Positions 10,050 to 20,417 of a stretch of DNA of 64,000 nucleotides are shown in pieces. Where the stretch lies: the NCBI GenBank assembly GCA_963422205.2, contig CAXMWX010000001.1:256001-320000 (forward strand), in the 5' to 3' direction. The notes under the pieces are model-generated. The model was not told the DNA's origin. It saw only the letters and a program-made list of their open reading frames with translations, and searched no databases. Position numbers and translations under genes: made by a program. The stretch comes from Gammaproteobacteria bacterium. Its GTDB lineage: Bacteria > Pseudomonadota > Gammaproteobacteria > Eutrophobiales > Eutrophobiaceae. The stretch's first letter is position 1. Each line of letters opens with the position of its first letter.

Positions 10050-11299
10050 CAGCCCATCACCCGATCAAATGCCGCGGCCACGGCCAGGCCGCTGTTGATA
10101 CCATCCTCATGAAAACCATAGCCCCAGTATGCACCGCAATACGAGATGCGCTTGCGGCGTATCAGTTGTTCGTGTTGGCTTTGTGCAGCATCCCTGCCAG
10201 GTGTGAACACCGGGTGATGGTAGCCGATCTTTTTTATGATCCTGTCGGTACGAATGGCATCGGCCTGATTCAGCGATACGCAGTAAGTGTGTGTCGACTC
10301 AATGCCTTGCAGCATGTTCATGTTATAACTTACCTGTGTGTTGCCCTGATGCCGGGTCGGGATACGGTAATTCCAACTGGCCCAGGCGGGTTTTTGCTTC
10401 GGCAGGATCGTGCTGTCGGTGTGCAGGATGGCCTCGTTATACTGGTAGTTGAAAGCCGATAACAGGTGTTTCTCGGCCTCATCAGGATCAGCGATCAGTC
10501 GCAGGCTTTGATCGGCATGGCAGGCCATGATGACCTCATCGAATTCTTCCTGCTTGCCGCTGATGAGTCTCACGGTCACGCGGTTGTCATGACGTATCAC
10601 TTGCTTTACAGGTGACTTGACAAAGATACGGCTGGCGAATGGCGGTATGAGTTTTTTGATGTACGTGTTGGCACCGCCTGCCACCGTCTTCCAGACCGGT
10701 CGGTTGTTGATCTGTAACATGCCGTGGTTGTTGAGAAATTCCAGCACAAAACGCATCGGGAAGTGTTTGAATGCTGCCGGCGGACACGACCACAGCGAGG
10801 CCCCCAGGGGCAGCAGGTAGTTATTCATGAAATACTCTGAATAACCGTGTTGCCGTGCATAGTCGGCCACTGTGATCGCCTCATCCAGGCCATTCGCCAG
10901 GTGCTTTGGTGCTCGCCTGTGCAAGGTGAGGATATCTTTTAGCATGCGCAGAAAAGCCGGTTTGAAGATATTGCGCTTCTGCGTGAACAGGGTGCGTAGT
11001 GAGCTGCCTTTATATTCCAGGCCGCTGGCTTCGCATTTCACACTGAAGCTCATGTCCGAATCACGGCTTGGTATTTGCAGGCGGTCAAACAGCCGGCACA
11101 GATTAGGATAGTTCTGCTGATTAAAGACAATAAAACCGGTATCCACCGGGATCGATTGTTGCCCTTCCTTCACCCGCACCGTGTTGGTATGACCACCGAT
11201 ATAATCATTGGCTTCAAACAGCGTGAGCTCGTTGCCCTCAGCCAGAAGCCAGGCGGCTGACAGACCGGAGATACCGGTTCCAACAATGGCAATCCGCAT
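10049..11299 (-). CDS. FAD-dependent oxidoreductase, amine-oxidase-like (UfaD-like)
   Basis: GTGISGL Rossmann motif, GGHTNT, VDTGFIVFN, WASWNY, GAYWGYGFHEDG. Confidence 0.9.
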   Translation of the reverse strand: MRIAIVGTGISGLSAAWLLAEGNELTLFEANDYIGGHTNTVRVKEGQQSIPVDTGFIVFNQQNYPNLCRLFDRLQIPSRDSDMSFSVKCEASGLEYKGSSLRTLFTQKRNIFKPAFLRMLKDILTLHRRAPKHLANGLDEAITVADYARQHGYSEYFMNNYLLPLGASLWSCPPAAFKHFPMRFVLEFLNNHGMLQINNRPVWKTVAGGANTYIKKLIPPFASRIFVKSPVKQVIRHDNRVTVRLISGKQEEFDEVIMACHADQSLRLIADPDEAEKHLLSAFNYQYNEAILHTDSTILPKQKPAWASWNYRIPTRHQGNTQVSYNMNMLQGIESTHTYCVSLNQADAIRTDRIIKKIGYHHPVFTPGRDAAQSQHEQLIRRKRISYCGAYWGYGFHEDGINSGLAVAAAFDRVMG

Positions 11300-11305
11300 C
11301 TGTGA

Positions 11306-12220
11306 TTACCGACTGCCTTCCTGCAATACCGGCTCAGGCACCGGCCGCAGATCAGAGATCAACCCCAGACCGGCCATCAACCTGATCCCCCAATAGCTGA
11401 TGTCTATCTCGCCCCGGTAGAATCCCTGCTGCACCGAAGCGGGGTAGCGATGGTGATTATTATGCCAGCCCTCGCCCAGCGTCAGCAGCGCCAGCAGCAG
11501 ATTGTTCCTGCTGTCATCACGGGTGTTAAAACGCCTGCTGCCAAAGCGATGTGCCAGGGAGTTGATCGTGTAGGTGGCGTGGTACAGCAGGACGGTGGAG
11601 ATAAAAAAGCCCCACACCAGCAGTTGCAGGCCACTGGTTTCAAGGGCGGGATGGTGGGCTTGCAGATAAGCACCCAGGCTATAGCAGGCGATGGCTAACA
11701 GCAGGAAAGGCAACCAGGCCAGCCGCTCCAACAACCGCAGTTCAGAATAGCGCTGCCAGTCTCCCACACGTTTTGCAACGATGGGAAAATTCACGCACCT
11801 GAGAAACCATAACACGTGGCTGTTGAGAAAACCATGACGGGGTGAATGCGGATCACTGGCTGAGTCTGATCTCAGATGATGGGTACGATGGTGTGAGGCC
11901 CACCACAGCGGGCCACGTTGACCGGCGGTGCATCCGAGCACCGCCATAATGAACTGCATCAGGCGGCCAGCGTGATAGGTCTTGTGTGAGAAATAGCGAT
12001 GATAAAACGCGGTGATAAAGAACATGCGAATGAAATACAATGCCAACATCAGCACGATGGCCGTGCCGCTGATGCCGGTGAACAAGGCCAGCAGACAGGC
12101 CAGATGCAGGGCAATGAAAAGGGTAAGACGGATCGGATCAAGCCGCTGGCTTGCCGCTTTGTCCAAATCTGCATAAAGCGTGGCATCATTGAATAACCAA
12201 CGTATAAGGCCGCTTATCAT
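11306..12220 (-). CDS. Delta-9-type acyl-CoA/fatty acid desaturase
   Basis: Three His boxes HRYFSH, HRTHH, HNNHH; INSLAH; start taken at ATG 12220. Confidence 0.9.
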   Translation of the reverse strand: MISGLIRWLFNDATLYADLDKAASQRLDPIRLTLFIALHLACLLALFTGISGTAIVLMLALYFIRMFFITAFYHRYFSHKTYHAGRLMQFIMAVLGCTAGQRGPLWWASHHRTHHLRSDSASDPHSPRHGFLNSHVLWFLRCVNFPIVAKRVGDWQRYSELRLLERLAWLPFLLLAIACYSLGAYLQAHHPALETSGLQLLVWGFFISTVLLYHATYTINSLAHRFGSRRFNTRDDSRNNLLLALLTLGEGWHNNHHRYPASVQQGFYRGEIDISYWGIRLMAGLGLISDLRPVPEPVLQEGSR

Positions 12221-12299
12221 CTTGCTTGCACGTTTGCCCGGTAAGTTCTCATTTATCTTTAAGTATTCCGGGCTGGCTGTGAATACAGGGTCGACCTGC

Positions 12300-12317
12300 T
12301 GTGAAGAAAATGTGAAG
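12300..12317 (-). promoter_or_regulatory. Putative OmpR/ColR-type binding box upstream of the desaturase operon
   Basis: Minus strand CTTCACATTTTCTTCACA: TTCACA direct repeat at 11-bp period. Confidence 0.55.
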
Positions 12318-12318
12318 T

Positions 12319-13626
12319 TCACTGTTCAACTGAGTGGCTGAAATCTATCATGATGACCGTACCCTTGTGCAGCTCACTGTTGATGATGATCGGCCAGTTA
12401 AAAGTATCTGACAGCATTTTCACGATCGTCAGCCCCACACCGTGTCCGCCCCGCTGTTTGTTACCGGCCCGATTAAATGGCTGGAAGACATTTTGCATCT
12501 CCCCATCCGGGATGCCGATACCGGAGTCCGCAACAGTAAGCCTGGCTTTATCGATGTGGATACTGACCTTGCCCTCATCGGTATACGACCAGGCATTCCT
12601 GATAATATTGCCAATCAATACCGACACTACTTTCTCTGAGCCGTTGATTATAAGCTCGGCATCGGTGTTTATCTCCAGCTCAATTTTTTTATTCTGAAAC
12701 ACGATAGCGGCCTGTTCGCACTCCTCAGCGACAATCGCATTGATGCTGACCGGATCGCTGGATAGCGCACCCTCTGACTCTCTGGCCAGCAGCAGCAGCG
12801 CTTCAATCAGCTCTTCCATGTCCGTGGCGGAGCGTTTGATACGCTTTGCCGAGGCAGTGGCCGACTCATCCAGCCGGGTTTCACTCAGCAACATATCTGC
12901 CGCTATCTTGATGACAGTGATGGGTGTGCGTAATTCGTGGCTGGCATCTCGGGTAAAATTCCTCTCCCGCAGGATAAAGGCATCAATACGCCCGGATAAC
13001 TTGAGCAGGGCATCAGCCAGAATACGCAATTCCTGATCAGGTTCTCTGGGCAGGGAGTGTTTGATGACCGCCGAGACATCTTCCCTGGAGGGATCCACCT
13101 GTTCAATTTCCGCCGCAAGCTGCAAGATGGGGGAGATGGCCCGGCTGGAGAAGCGATAGGCGATCCAACTGGACAGGTACAAGACGATCAACACACCCGC
13201 CAGCGGGAACAGACCGAAGAAGATGGCCAACTCGCCGACATTCTTGCCATCGAACACCAGATACAGGGTGCGCCCGTATTGCTCTGTGATGTAGATGATA
13301 TAAAAGCCGGAGTCCGCCTGCGGCAGACGGTGAAAGCCCGGCGCCAGGGGGATAATCTCAGCCGGTATGTCGGTATCCATACCGCTGACATAGCCGCGCA
13401 GGTTGTATGTTTGCGGCCTTGAGAAAGCCGGCTCATCTTGATACAGACGCCAGTAAAACTTCGCCTCATCGCGCAACGCCTGCTTGATCAGTACATCGCC
13501 TAAAATAAAACGGGCAGCAAACACGCCGAGGATGGCGGCGATGCTGATCAGCCCTGCCTGTAGCAGGAACACGCGCCAGAGTCGTTGATCCAGCCCGCGC
13601 CTCTCTCTCATCCGTACCCGGCTCAT
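12319..13626 (-). CDS. Sensor histidine kinase (ColS-like)
   Basis: Two TM segments, FTRDASHELRTP H-box, N-box NIIRNA, DSGIG, GHGVGL. Confidence 0.9.
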   Translation of the reverse strand: MSRVRMRERRGLDQRLWRVFLLQAGLISIAAILGVFAARFILGDVLIKQALRDEAKFYWRLYQDEPAFSRPQTYNLRGYVSGMDTDIPAEIIPLAPGFHRLPQADSGFYIIYITEQYGRTLYLVFDGKNVGELAIFFGLFPLAGVLIVLYLSSWIAYRFSSRAISPILQLAAEIEQVDPSREDVSAVIKHSLPREPDQELRILADALLKLSGRIDAFILRERNFTRDASHELRTPITVIKIAADMLLSETRLDESATASAKRIKRSATDMEELIEALLLLARESEGALSSDPVSINAIVAEECEQAAIVFQNKKIELEINTDAELIINGSEKVVSVLIGNIIRNAWSYTDEGKVSIHIDKARLTVADSGIGIPDGEMQNVFQPFNRAGNKQRGGHGVGLTIVKMLSDTFNWPIIINSELHKGTVIMIDFSHSVEQ

Positions 13627-13635
13627 CTGGTTATG

Positions 13636-14325
13636 TCAGCCTGCTTTTGTCAGTTTATAACCGGTGTTTTGCACCGTGTGCAGTAACTGCACGGTGAATG
13701 GCCGGTCAATGGTTTTACGCAGATTATACATGTGGCTTCGCAGGGTATCGCTGTCGGGGAGAATGTCGCCCCACACCTGGCGTTCAATGTCGCGACGGTT
13801 GACCACGCGCGGTGCAGCGCGCATCAGGATCCTTAGGATCTGCATGCCTGTGGGGGTGAGTTTTATGGTTTGCCCGGCGCGGCTGACGGTCATGGTACCG
13901 GTGTCAAACACCAGATCATGCACGGTCAATATCTCCGGGCTGACCAGGCCACGATGACGGCGGATCAGGGCACGGATGCGGGCTTCCAGCTCTTTGATGT
14001 CAAATGGTTTGACCAGGTAGTCGTCCGCTCCCGCATCCAGTCCGGCGATCTTCTCTTGCAGGGTATCACGGGCTGTGAGGATGAGCAGCGGGGTGGCCTT
14101 CAGGGCATCGTTCCTGAGTTTGTTGAGTAACTCAATCCCGTCAATGCCCGGCAACATCAAGTCCAGCACAAGCATATCGTATTCGTGGGTTACGGCCAGA
14201 TGCAGGCCGGTGATACCATCGGCGGCGTAATCCACTATAAAGCCGCGACGTTCCAGATACTCACAGATCATATCGGCAATATCACGGTGATCTTCAATCA
14301 GCAGGATGGCACCTGAATTTTCCAC
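13636..14325 (-). CDS. OmpR-family response regulator (ColR-like)
   Basis: LLIED, LDLMLPG, LTARD, GADDYLVKPF, PDSDTLRSH winged helix; GTG start after GAGG (could extend to 14355). Confidence 0.9.
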   Translation of the reverse strand: MENSGAILLIEDHRDIADMICEYLERRGFIVDYAADGITGLHLAVTHEYDMLVLDLMLPGIDGIELLNKLRNDALKATPLLILTARDTLQEKIAGLDAGADDYLVKPFDIKELEARIRALIRRHRGLVSPEILTVHDLVFDTGTMTVSRAGQTIKLTPTGMQILRILMRAAPRVVNRRDIERQVWGDILPDSDTLRSHMYNLRKTIDRPFTVQLLHTVQNTGYKLTKAG

Positions 14326-14458
14326 TACCCCACCTCGGCTCATCTTATGGCCCATTGGCTAGTGCTGTACCAGCGGTGAATGGGCTGATCCAACGGCTGT
14401 CATTCCCGCACAGGCGGGGAGACAGCGCATTGATATGCCTGGATCAAACGCCTGTTGA

Positions 14459-14476
14459 TGTGATTTTCATGTGAAG
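14459..14476 (-). promoter_or_regulatory. Putative autoregulatory OmpR-type box upstream of the response regulator
   Basis: Minus strand CTTCACATGAAAATCACA: TCACA repeat at 11-bp period, same orientation as the 12300 box. Confidence 0.45.
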
Positions 14477-14484
14477 TTATGCGT

Positions 14485-15837
14485 TTACGATGCGGGTGTT
14501 CGCATACTGACGAATTCTTCTGCCGCCGTGGGGTGGATGCCGATGGTGGCATCAAAGGTGGCCTTGCTCGCCCCGGCCTTGATGGCAATGGCCAGGCCTT
14601 GGATGATCTCGCCCGCATCGTCCCCCACCATGTGTGCGCCGATGACGTTATCCGTCGCTTTGTCGATAATGAGCTTTAAGAATGCCTGCTCTTGGCTGCC
14701 GGAAAGCGTGTGTTTGAGCGGCCGGAAACGGGAATGAAATACCGCTATCTCATCATATTCTGCCAGCGCCTGTTGCTCGGTCAGCCCGACTGTGCCGATG
14801 GCCGGCTGGCTGAACACACAGGTGGGTATATCACGATAATCCACGGTACTGCTCTCCTGATTAAACAGCTTATTTGCCAGGGCCGTGCCTTCGGCGATGG
14901 CAACCGGCGTAAGATTGATCCGACTCGTCACATCGCCGAGTGCATATATAGAGGGTATATTGGTTTGATAATCGGCATTGACGATGATCGCCCCTTGCTC
15001 ATCGGCAGCAACTCCGGCGGCTTGCAGACCGATATCTGCCGTATTCGGATGACGGCCAGTGGCATATAAAAACAGATCACTCTTGTGCTGGCTGCCGTCA
15101 GCCAGGCGGGCAATCAGCTGATGCTGGTCTTTTTCAATCGCCGTGATGGTGGTATTAAAACGCAACGTTACCCCTTGTTTTGTCATTTCCTGCTGTAGAA
15201 ACTGACGCACCTCGGTATCAAAACCGCGCAGAAAAAGATCACCACGATAGATCAGCGTGGTATCCACACCCAGGCCGTTAAAGATCCCGGCAAACTCAAC
15301 GGCGATGTAACCGCCGCCGACGATCGTGATCTGATCTGGCAGGGCATCGAGAAAGAAGACCTCATTGGAGGTGATGATGTGTTCCCTGCCAGCAATCGCC
15401 GGCACCGTCGGCCAGCCGCCCGTGGCGATCAGGATGCGCTCAGCGGTGATGTGTTGCCCGGCAATAGCCACCGTATGGGCATCGGCCAGGGTGGCACGTT
15501 GTTCATACAAGGTCACACCGCTGTCGGTCAGCAGTTTGCGATACACCGCATTCAGCCGTTTGATTTCGGCGTTTTTATTTGCTATGAGCGTCTGCCAGTT
15601 AAACGTGGCTGGCGACACCTGCCAGCCAAAACCCGCAGCGGCACGGAATGCTTCGGAGAAATGAGAAGCATAGACCAGCAGTTTTTTTGGCACACAGCCA
15701 ACGTTGACACAGGTGCCTCCCAGGTAGCGCTGTTCTGCGATGGCTATGCGTGCGCCCAGCCCCGCCGCCGTGCGCGCAGCACGGACCCCACCGGAACCGG
15801 CACCGATGACAAACATATCAACGTCGTAGCGACTCAT
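14485..15837 (-). CDS. gorA: Glutathione-disulfide reductase
   Basis: [44 protein letters not shown]; start ATG 15837. Confidence 0.93.
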   Translation of the reverse strand: MSRYDVDMFVIGAGSGGVRAARTAAGLGARIAIAEQRYLGGTCVNVGCVPKKLLVYASHFSEAFRAAAGFGWQVSPATFNWQTLIANKNAEIKRLNAVYRKLLTDSGVTLYEQRATLADAHTVAIAGQHITAERILIATGGWPTVPAIAGREHIITSNEVFFLDALPDQITIVGGGYIAVEFAGIFNGLGVDTTLIYRGDLFLRGFDTEVRQFLQQEMTKQGVTLRFNTTITAIEKDQHQLIARLADGSQHKSDLFLYATGRHPNTADIGLQAAGVAADEQGAIIVNADYQTNIPSIYALGDVTSRINLTPVAIAEGTALANKLFNQESSTVDYRDIPTCVFSQPAIGTVGLTEQQALAEYDEIAVFHSRFRPLKHTLSGSQEQAFLKLIIDKATDNVIGAHMVGDDAGEIIQGLAIAIKAGASKATFDATIGIHPTAAEEFVSMRTPAS

Positions 15838-15913
15838 TATTGGATTGTACGGCCAATCAGGCGCATGGTCTAACCGCCGGGGGTTTTTTAGTCTATTAAG
15901 CGACTGCCACCTG

Positions 15914-17368
15914 TCAGCCCCGCATCCAGGTATGGAATTTTTGCGCCATCGCCAGTGCCCACGCCGGGGCATGGGCGCTCTTCCAGGCACCGGCGGCGTA
16001 TTTATTCGCCTCAGCCAGGGTGGGGTAGATATGAATAGTGCTAAGGATCTTGTTCAAGCCATAGCCGTGCTTCATGGCGCTGATAAATTCGGTTAGCAGA
16101 TCGCCTGCATGTTCGCCCACGATGGTGGCGCCCAGGATGTTGTCTTTGCCCGGCACGGTCAAGACCTTCACCAGGCCGCAGGCCGCCTCATCGGCGATCG
16201 CACGATCCAGATCATCCAGGCCATAGCGGGTCACTTCACAGGCGATGCCTTTTTCTCTGGCGTCGGTTTCATTCAGGCCGACACGGGCGATTTCCGGATC
16301 GGTAAACGTTGCCCAGGGAATGACTGAATAATCCACCTTGAATTTTTTAACGCATCCGAACAAGGCATTGACCGCGGCATACCAGGCTTGATGGGCGGCG
16401 GTATGGGTAAACTGAAACGGCCCGGCAACATCCCCACAGACAAATATATTCGGGTGGTTGGTTTGCAGAAATTCATTATGTTCAATCGTGCCGTTTTTGT
16501 TCAACTGGATCGCCAGCCCTTCCAGGCCAAGATCGCAGGTATGCGCCTGCCTGCCAACGGCAATAATGACCTCATCAAATGCGATTGCAGTCTCTTCACC
16601 TGCCCTCTCGCAGATGAGGAATTTGCTGCCCTCTTTTTTAATAAAAGACCTGGCACGGTGACCTGTACGCACATCAATCCCCTCGGCGATAAATTTTTCT
16701 GTCAGCAGGGCTGAAACGTCCTCATCTTCACGGCTCATGATACGGGGCAGCATCTCCACCTGGGTGACTTTGCTGCCATAGCGGGCAAAGGCCTGGGCTA
16801 ACTCCGAGCCGATCGGGCCGCCACCGAGGATGAGCAGTCTTTCCGGTAACGCACGCAGCGTCCACAGATTGTCAGAGGTCAGATAGCGAATGTTCTCAAT
16901 GCCATCTATGGGGGGAATGAACGGGCCTGCACCGCTGGCAATGATGATGTTACGGGTGCTGATGGTCCTGCCGTTGACCGCCACCGTCCAGGGCGAGGTG
17001 ATCTTTGCCTCGCCGGTAATGCAGTCAACGCCCAAGGCGGTATAGCGTGCCGCCGAATCGTGGGGTTCAATGGTCTTGATGATGCGCTGTATGCGTGCCA
17101 TCACCTCGGCAAAATCAAATGTGACCTCGATCTTTTTGAATCCGTAGGCTTTGGCTTTTTTTGCCTGTGCCAGTAATTTTGCCGAGCGGATGAATGCCTT
17201 GGACGGGACACAACCGGTATACAGGCAATCGCCTCCCATCTGTTGTTTTTCGATCAGTGTGACTTTCGCCTTGACCGCAGCAGCAATATAGGCGGCCACC
17301 AGCCCGCCGGCACCCGCCCCGATGACAATGATGTTATTATCAAATTTCCTAGGTTTGGGCATCGCCAT
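15914..17368 (-). CDS. Pyridine nucleotide-disulfide oxidoreductase (MerA/LpdA-like)
   Basis: [39 protein letters not shown]; no C-terminal CC pair of true MerA. Confidence 0.85.
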   Translation of the reverse strand: MAMPKPRKFDNNIIVIGAGAGGLVAAYIAAAVKAKVTLIEKQQMGGDCLYTGCVPSKAFIRSAKLLAQAKKAKAYGFKKIEVTFDFAEVMARIQRIIKTIEPHDSAARYTALGVDCITGEAKITSPWTVAVNGRTISTRNIIIASGAGPFIPPIDGIENIRYLTSDNLWTLRALPERLLILGGGPIGSELAQAFARYGSKVTQVEMLPRIMSREDEDVSALLTEKFIAEGIDVRTGHRARSFIKKEGSKFLICERAGEETAIAFDEVIIAVGRQAHTCDLGLEGLAIQLNKNGTIEHNEFLQTNHPNIFVCGDVAGPFQFTHTAAHQAWYAAVNALFGCVKKFKVDYSVIPWATFTDPEIARVGLNETDAREKGIACEVTRYGLDDLDRAIADEAACGLVKVLTVPGKDNILGATIVGEHAGDLLTEFISAMKHGYGLNKILSTIHIYPTLAEANKYAAGAWKSAHAPAWALAMAQKFHTWMRG

Positions 17369-18056
17369 GATGTTTTGCTCGAAGATGTTTTCTCAAAGCA
17401 CCGGCCAGCCTGTTGGCAAGCAGCGGGAACAGGCCAAGCAACACAAAGGCAACCAGCAATTCAAATGACAGTATATCGGCCGTGCTGTTGATTTTTGCCA
17501 GTTGCGTACCGGCATTCACATACACGATCGTGCCTGCCAGCATACCGATTTGACTGATCAGGAAATAAACCGGCAGGCGCATTGTTGTTAAGCCCATCAG
17601 CAGGTTGATGATAAAAAATGGAAATAAAGGCACCAGTCTTAACGTGAACAAATACCAGGCCCCCTCTTCTTCTATGCCTTTATTGATGACGATGAGCTTC
17701 TCGGCAAAGCGCCTCTGCACAGTCTCTCTGAACAGGTAACGGGCGATAAGAAAGGCGAGCATGGCGCCGATTGTCGAGGCAAAAGAGACGATGATGGTGC
17801 CCCACAAGAGACCGAATACCGCCCCGCCCGCCAGTGTCAATATGGCGGCACCGGGCAGGGACAGGCCGGTTATCAGCACATACAGGATAAAATACAGCAG
17901 CAGGGTCAGCAGCGTGTTGGCCCGGTAAAATTCAGCAATGAGATGTTGCTGTTGTTTTAGATAATCCAGCTGGAGGTATTGCCCAAGATCAAGCAGGAGA
18001 AAACCGGCCATGAATAGCACGAGCAGCAGGATGATGATGCGTTGTGATTTTTTCAT
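17349..18056 (-). CDS. TVP38/TMEM64 (VTT/DedA-like) membrane protein
   Basis: LSLPGAAILTLAGGAVFG, LRLVPLFPFFIINL, SQIGMLAGT. Confidence 0.85.
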   Translation of the reverse strand: MKKSQRIIILLLVLFMAGFLLLDLGQYLQLDYLKQQQHLIAEFYRANTLLTLLLYFILYVLITGLSLPGAAILTLAGGAVFGLLWGTIIVSFASTIGAMLAFLIARYLFRETVQRRFAEKLIVINKGIEEEGAWYLFTLRLVPLFPFFIINLLMGLTTMRLPVYFLISQIGMLAGTIVYVNAGTQLAKINSTADILSFELLVAFVLLGLFPLLANRLAGALRKHLRAKHHGDAQT

Positions 18057-18063
18057 GATGGTG

Positions 18064-19356
18064 TCAAGAGGAAGCGGCTGGCTGTTGCCGCCTGCCATCG
18101 GGCAGTTCCACCACCTTAATCATCTTGATCGCATTATCAGTCACCTGCATGATCTCCATCGCCAGATTATCAATTTTTATGCTGGTGCCGGCATCTGGCA
18201 TGGCCTCCAGATGTTCCAGTATCAGGCCATTTAGCGTCTTTGGCCCATCTTCACGCAGGCCCCAGTGCAATTCACGGTTAATATCACGTATCGTGGCCGA
18301 GCCATCGATGATCACAGCGCCGTCCTCCTGCCTGTGTATATCCAGGTTATAGGTCTGCATGTCGGTGGTAAATTCACCGACGATCTCTTCCAGGATATCT
18401 TCCAGTGTCACCAGCCCTTGAATCACGCCGTACTCATCAACCACCAATCCTAAGCGCTGTTTATGCTTTTGGAAATTGGCTAACTGGGTATGTAATGGTG
18501 TACCCATGGGGACAAAATACGGTGCTGCCGTGATTGCCTTTAGCTGCTCGTGCGTCAGGTTGTCCTGATCTTTGAGGATGCGTGGAATACGGCGCACATG
18601 CACCATGCCGATCATCTCATCCAGGCTTTCTGCATAGACCGGCAGGCGCGTGTGTGATGTCTGTGACAATGAGTTGATGATTTCGATCATGTCTTGATTG
18701 ATATTGATGCCTGCGATCTCATTCCTTGGCACCATGATGTCATCCACCGTCACTTTTTCCAGATCAAGAATACTCAGCAGCATCTGCCTGTGTCGGTGCG
18801 GGATGAGGCCGCCCGCCTCATTGACCATCGTCCTTAACTCATCGCGCGACAGGCGTGTGTCATCGACATGTGCTGTCTTAACCCCCGCCATACCCAGCAG
18901 CGCATTGGCAAGCCGGTTGATGATCCAGACGGCCGGGTAGAGCATTGACGACAGCGGTGTTAATACACAGGCGGCGGGGAAGGCAATGCGCTCAGGATAC
19001 AGGGCGGCCACCGTCTTTGGCGCCACCTCGGCAAAGATTAAGAAGATGAATGTCAGCACGATAGGGGCGATCGCATAACCGACATCGCCCATCAGCCTGA
19101 CCGCCATCGCCGCACCGAGTGAGGCCGCAAGAAAATTCACCACGTTATTACCAAACAGGATCAGGCCGATCAGCTTATCCGGTTGTTGCAGCAGGCGTGA
19201 GGCCAGCATGGCCGCATGGTGATTGTCATTGGCCAGGTGTTTCAGCCGGTAACGATTTAACGCCATCATGCTGGTCTCGGCGCTGGAGAAAAATGCAGAC
19301 AGGAAGATGAGCAGAACTAACATACTGCCCAGGGCAGCAAGCGGGATCGCATCCAA
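18064..19356 (-). CDS. HlyC/CorC (CNNM-CBS-CorC) transporter, YfjD-like
   Basis: SAFFSSAETS, AEVAPKT, CBS pair, VVDEYG, TLEDILEEIVGE. Confidence 0.9.
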   Translation of the reverse strand: MDAIPLAALGSMLVLLIFLSAFFSSAETSMMALNRYRLKHLANDNHHAAMLASRLLQQPDKLIGLILFGNNVVNFLAASLGAAMAVRLMGDVGYAIAPIVLTFIFLIFAEVAPKTVAALYPERIAFPAACVLTPLSSMLYPAVWIINRLANALLGMAGVKTAHVDDTRLSRDELRTMVNEAGGLIPHRHRQMLLSILDLEKVTVDDIMVPRNEIAGININQDMIEIINSLSQTSHTRLPVYAESLDEMIGMVHVRRIPRILKDQDNLTHEQLKAITAAPYFVPMGTPLHTQLANFQKHKQRLGLVVDEYGVIQGLVTLEDILEEIVGEFTTDMQTYNLDIHRQEDGAVIIDGSATIRDINRELHWGLREDGPKTLNGLILEHLEAMPDAGTSIKIDNLAMEIMQVTDNAIKMIKVVELPDGRRQQPAASS

Positions 19357-19439
19357 GATAGGTTTACCTGACTAAAATGAAGACGTATTTTCCAGCTAAA
19401 ACCGCCTTGCTTTCAAGCCTTATCTGATGCTGGTCAGGT

Positions 19440-20252
19440 TCACACCCGATCCAGCAACAGATCCAGCACCGCCTTGGTGCCAAAGTAGGCCAGCACCAGA
19501 GAAGTAAAGCCGCCCAGGATCCAGTGCAACAGCTTCCGGCCGCGCCAGCCCCGCGCCCATCGCCCCCACAGCACAATGCCGAACGTACACCAGGCGAGCA
19601 GTGAGAAAAACACCTTGTGTGCCAGGTGCTGGGCAACGATGTTGTGTACGAACACCAGCCCGGTCACCAGGCTTAGGCTGAGTAGAAAAAAGCCGATAGC
19701 CAGGCTGTGTATCAGGAACGCTTCCATGTACTGCATGGGCGGCAGGATGTTCAGTACCTGGTTGGGTTTTTTGTTATGCAGGCTGCGTTGCTGATAGTGC
19801 AGCACCAGGGCCTGCATGGCGGTAATCGTCAACACACTGTAGGCGGTCACGGATAAGAGAATGTGTAATTGTGTGCCAACAGTATCGGCGGCAACAACCA
19901 ACGCCGTATTGGGGAAGGCGTGTTGCAGGATGATGGACACACTGGCAACAGGCAGGAAGATGACGCCCAGGCCCGCCACCGACCGGAACAGGCCAATCAC
20001 AAACACCATGCAAACGACCACCCAGCTCATCAGCGAGAAGGCATGATAGAAACCCAGATAGTAGCCAGCCGGTGCGGGGATGCTTTGCCATAACACATAG
20101 CCGTGCAGCAGCAGGCCGGACAGGAACAGGAGCGATGCCAGCGAGGAAGAAGCCGCCGCCTGATGGGGCTTGAACAGGCGCACTGCCAGCCAGGCTGAGG
20201 TGATGAGATACAGCAGCGGGGCCAGCAGGATGACAGCAGCAGATAGAGCCAT
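19440..20252 (-). CDS. CcsA-like inner membrane protein (YpjD family)
   Basis: HILLS..AYS, LPPMQYME, LAHKVFFS, GWRG, LAYFGTK; divergent from ffh as usual. Confidence 0.85.
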   Translation of the reverse strand: MALSAAVILLAPLLYLITSAWLAVRLFKPHQAAASSSLASLLFLSGLLLHGYVLWQSIPAPAGYYLGFYHAFSLMSWVVVCMVFVIGLFRSVAGLGVIFLPVASVSIILQHAFPNTALVVAADTVGTQLHILLSVTAYSVLTITAMQALVLHYQQRSLHNKKPNQVLNILPPMQYMEAFLIHSLAIGFFLLSLSLVTGLVFVHNIVAQHLAHKVFFSLLAWCTFGIVLWGRWARGWRGRKLLHWILGGFTSLVLAYFGTKAVLDLLLDRV

Positions 20253-20417
20253 GTGACTTAACTGATAGTGCATATTTGCCAGGCATAGTGGCATATTTGT
20301 CAAGTATCTGGAAGATGAGCCGTACCCGCCATTCTTGCCCGTTCTGATCCTTGTCCTGAATCCTGCCCCGAATCTTGTTAAGATCAGCCCTTATGCAATA
20401 ACATTGACGGATTGCCC

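Noticed and set aside
15914-17368. Mercuric reductase (merA) call
   Set aside because: No C-terminal Cys-Cys pair, no N-terminal metal-binding domain and no mer genes nearby
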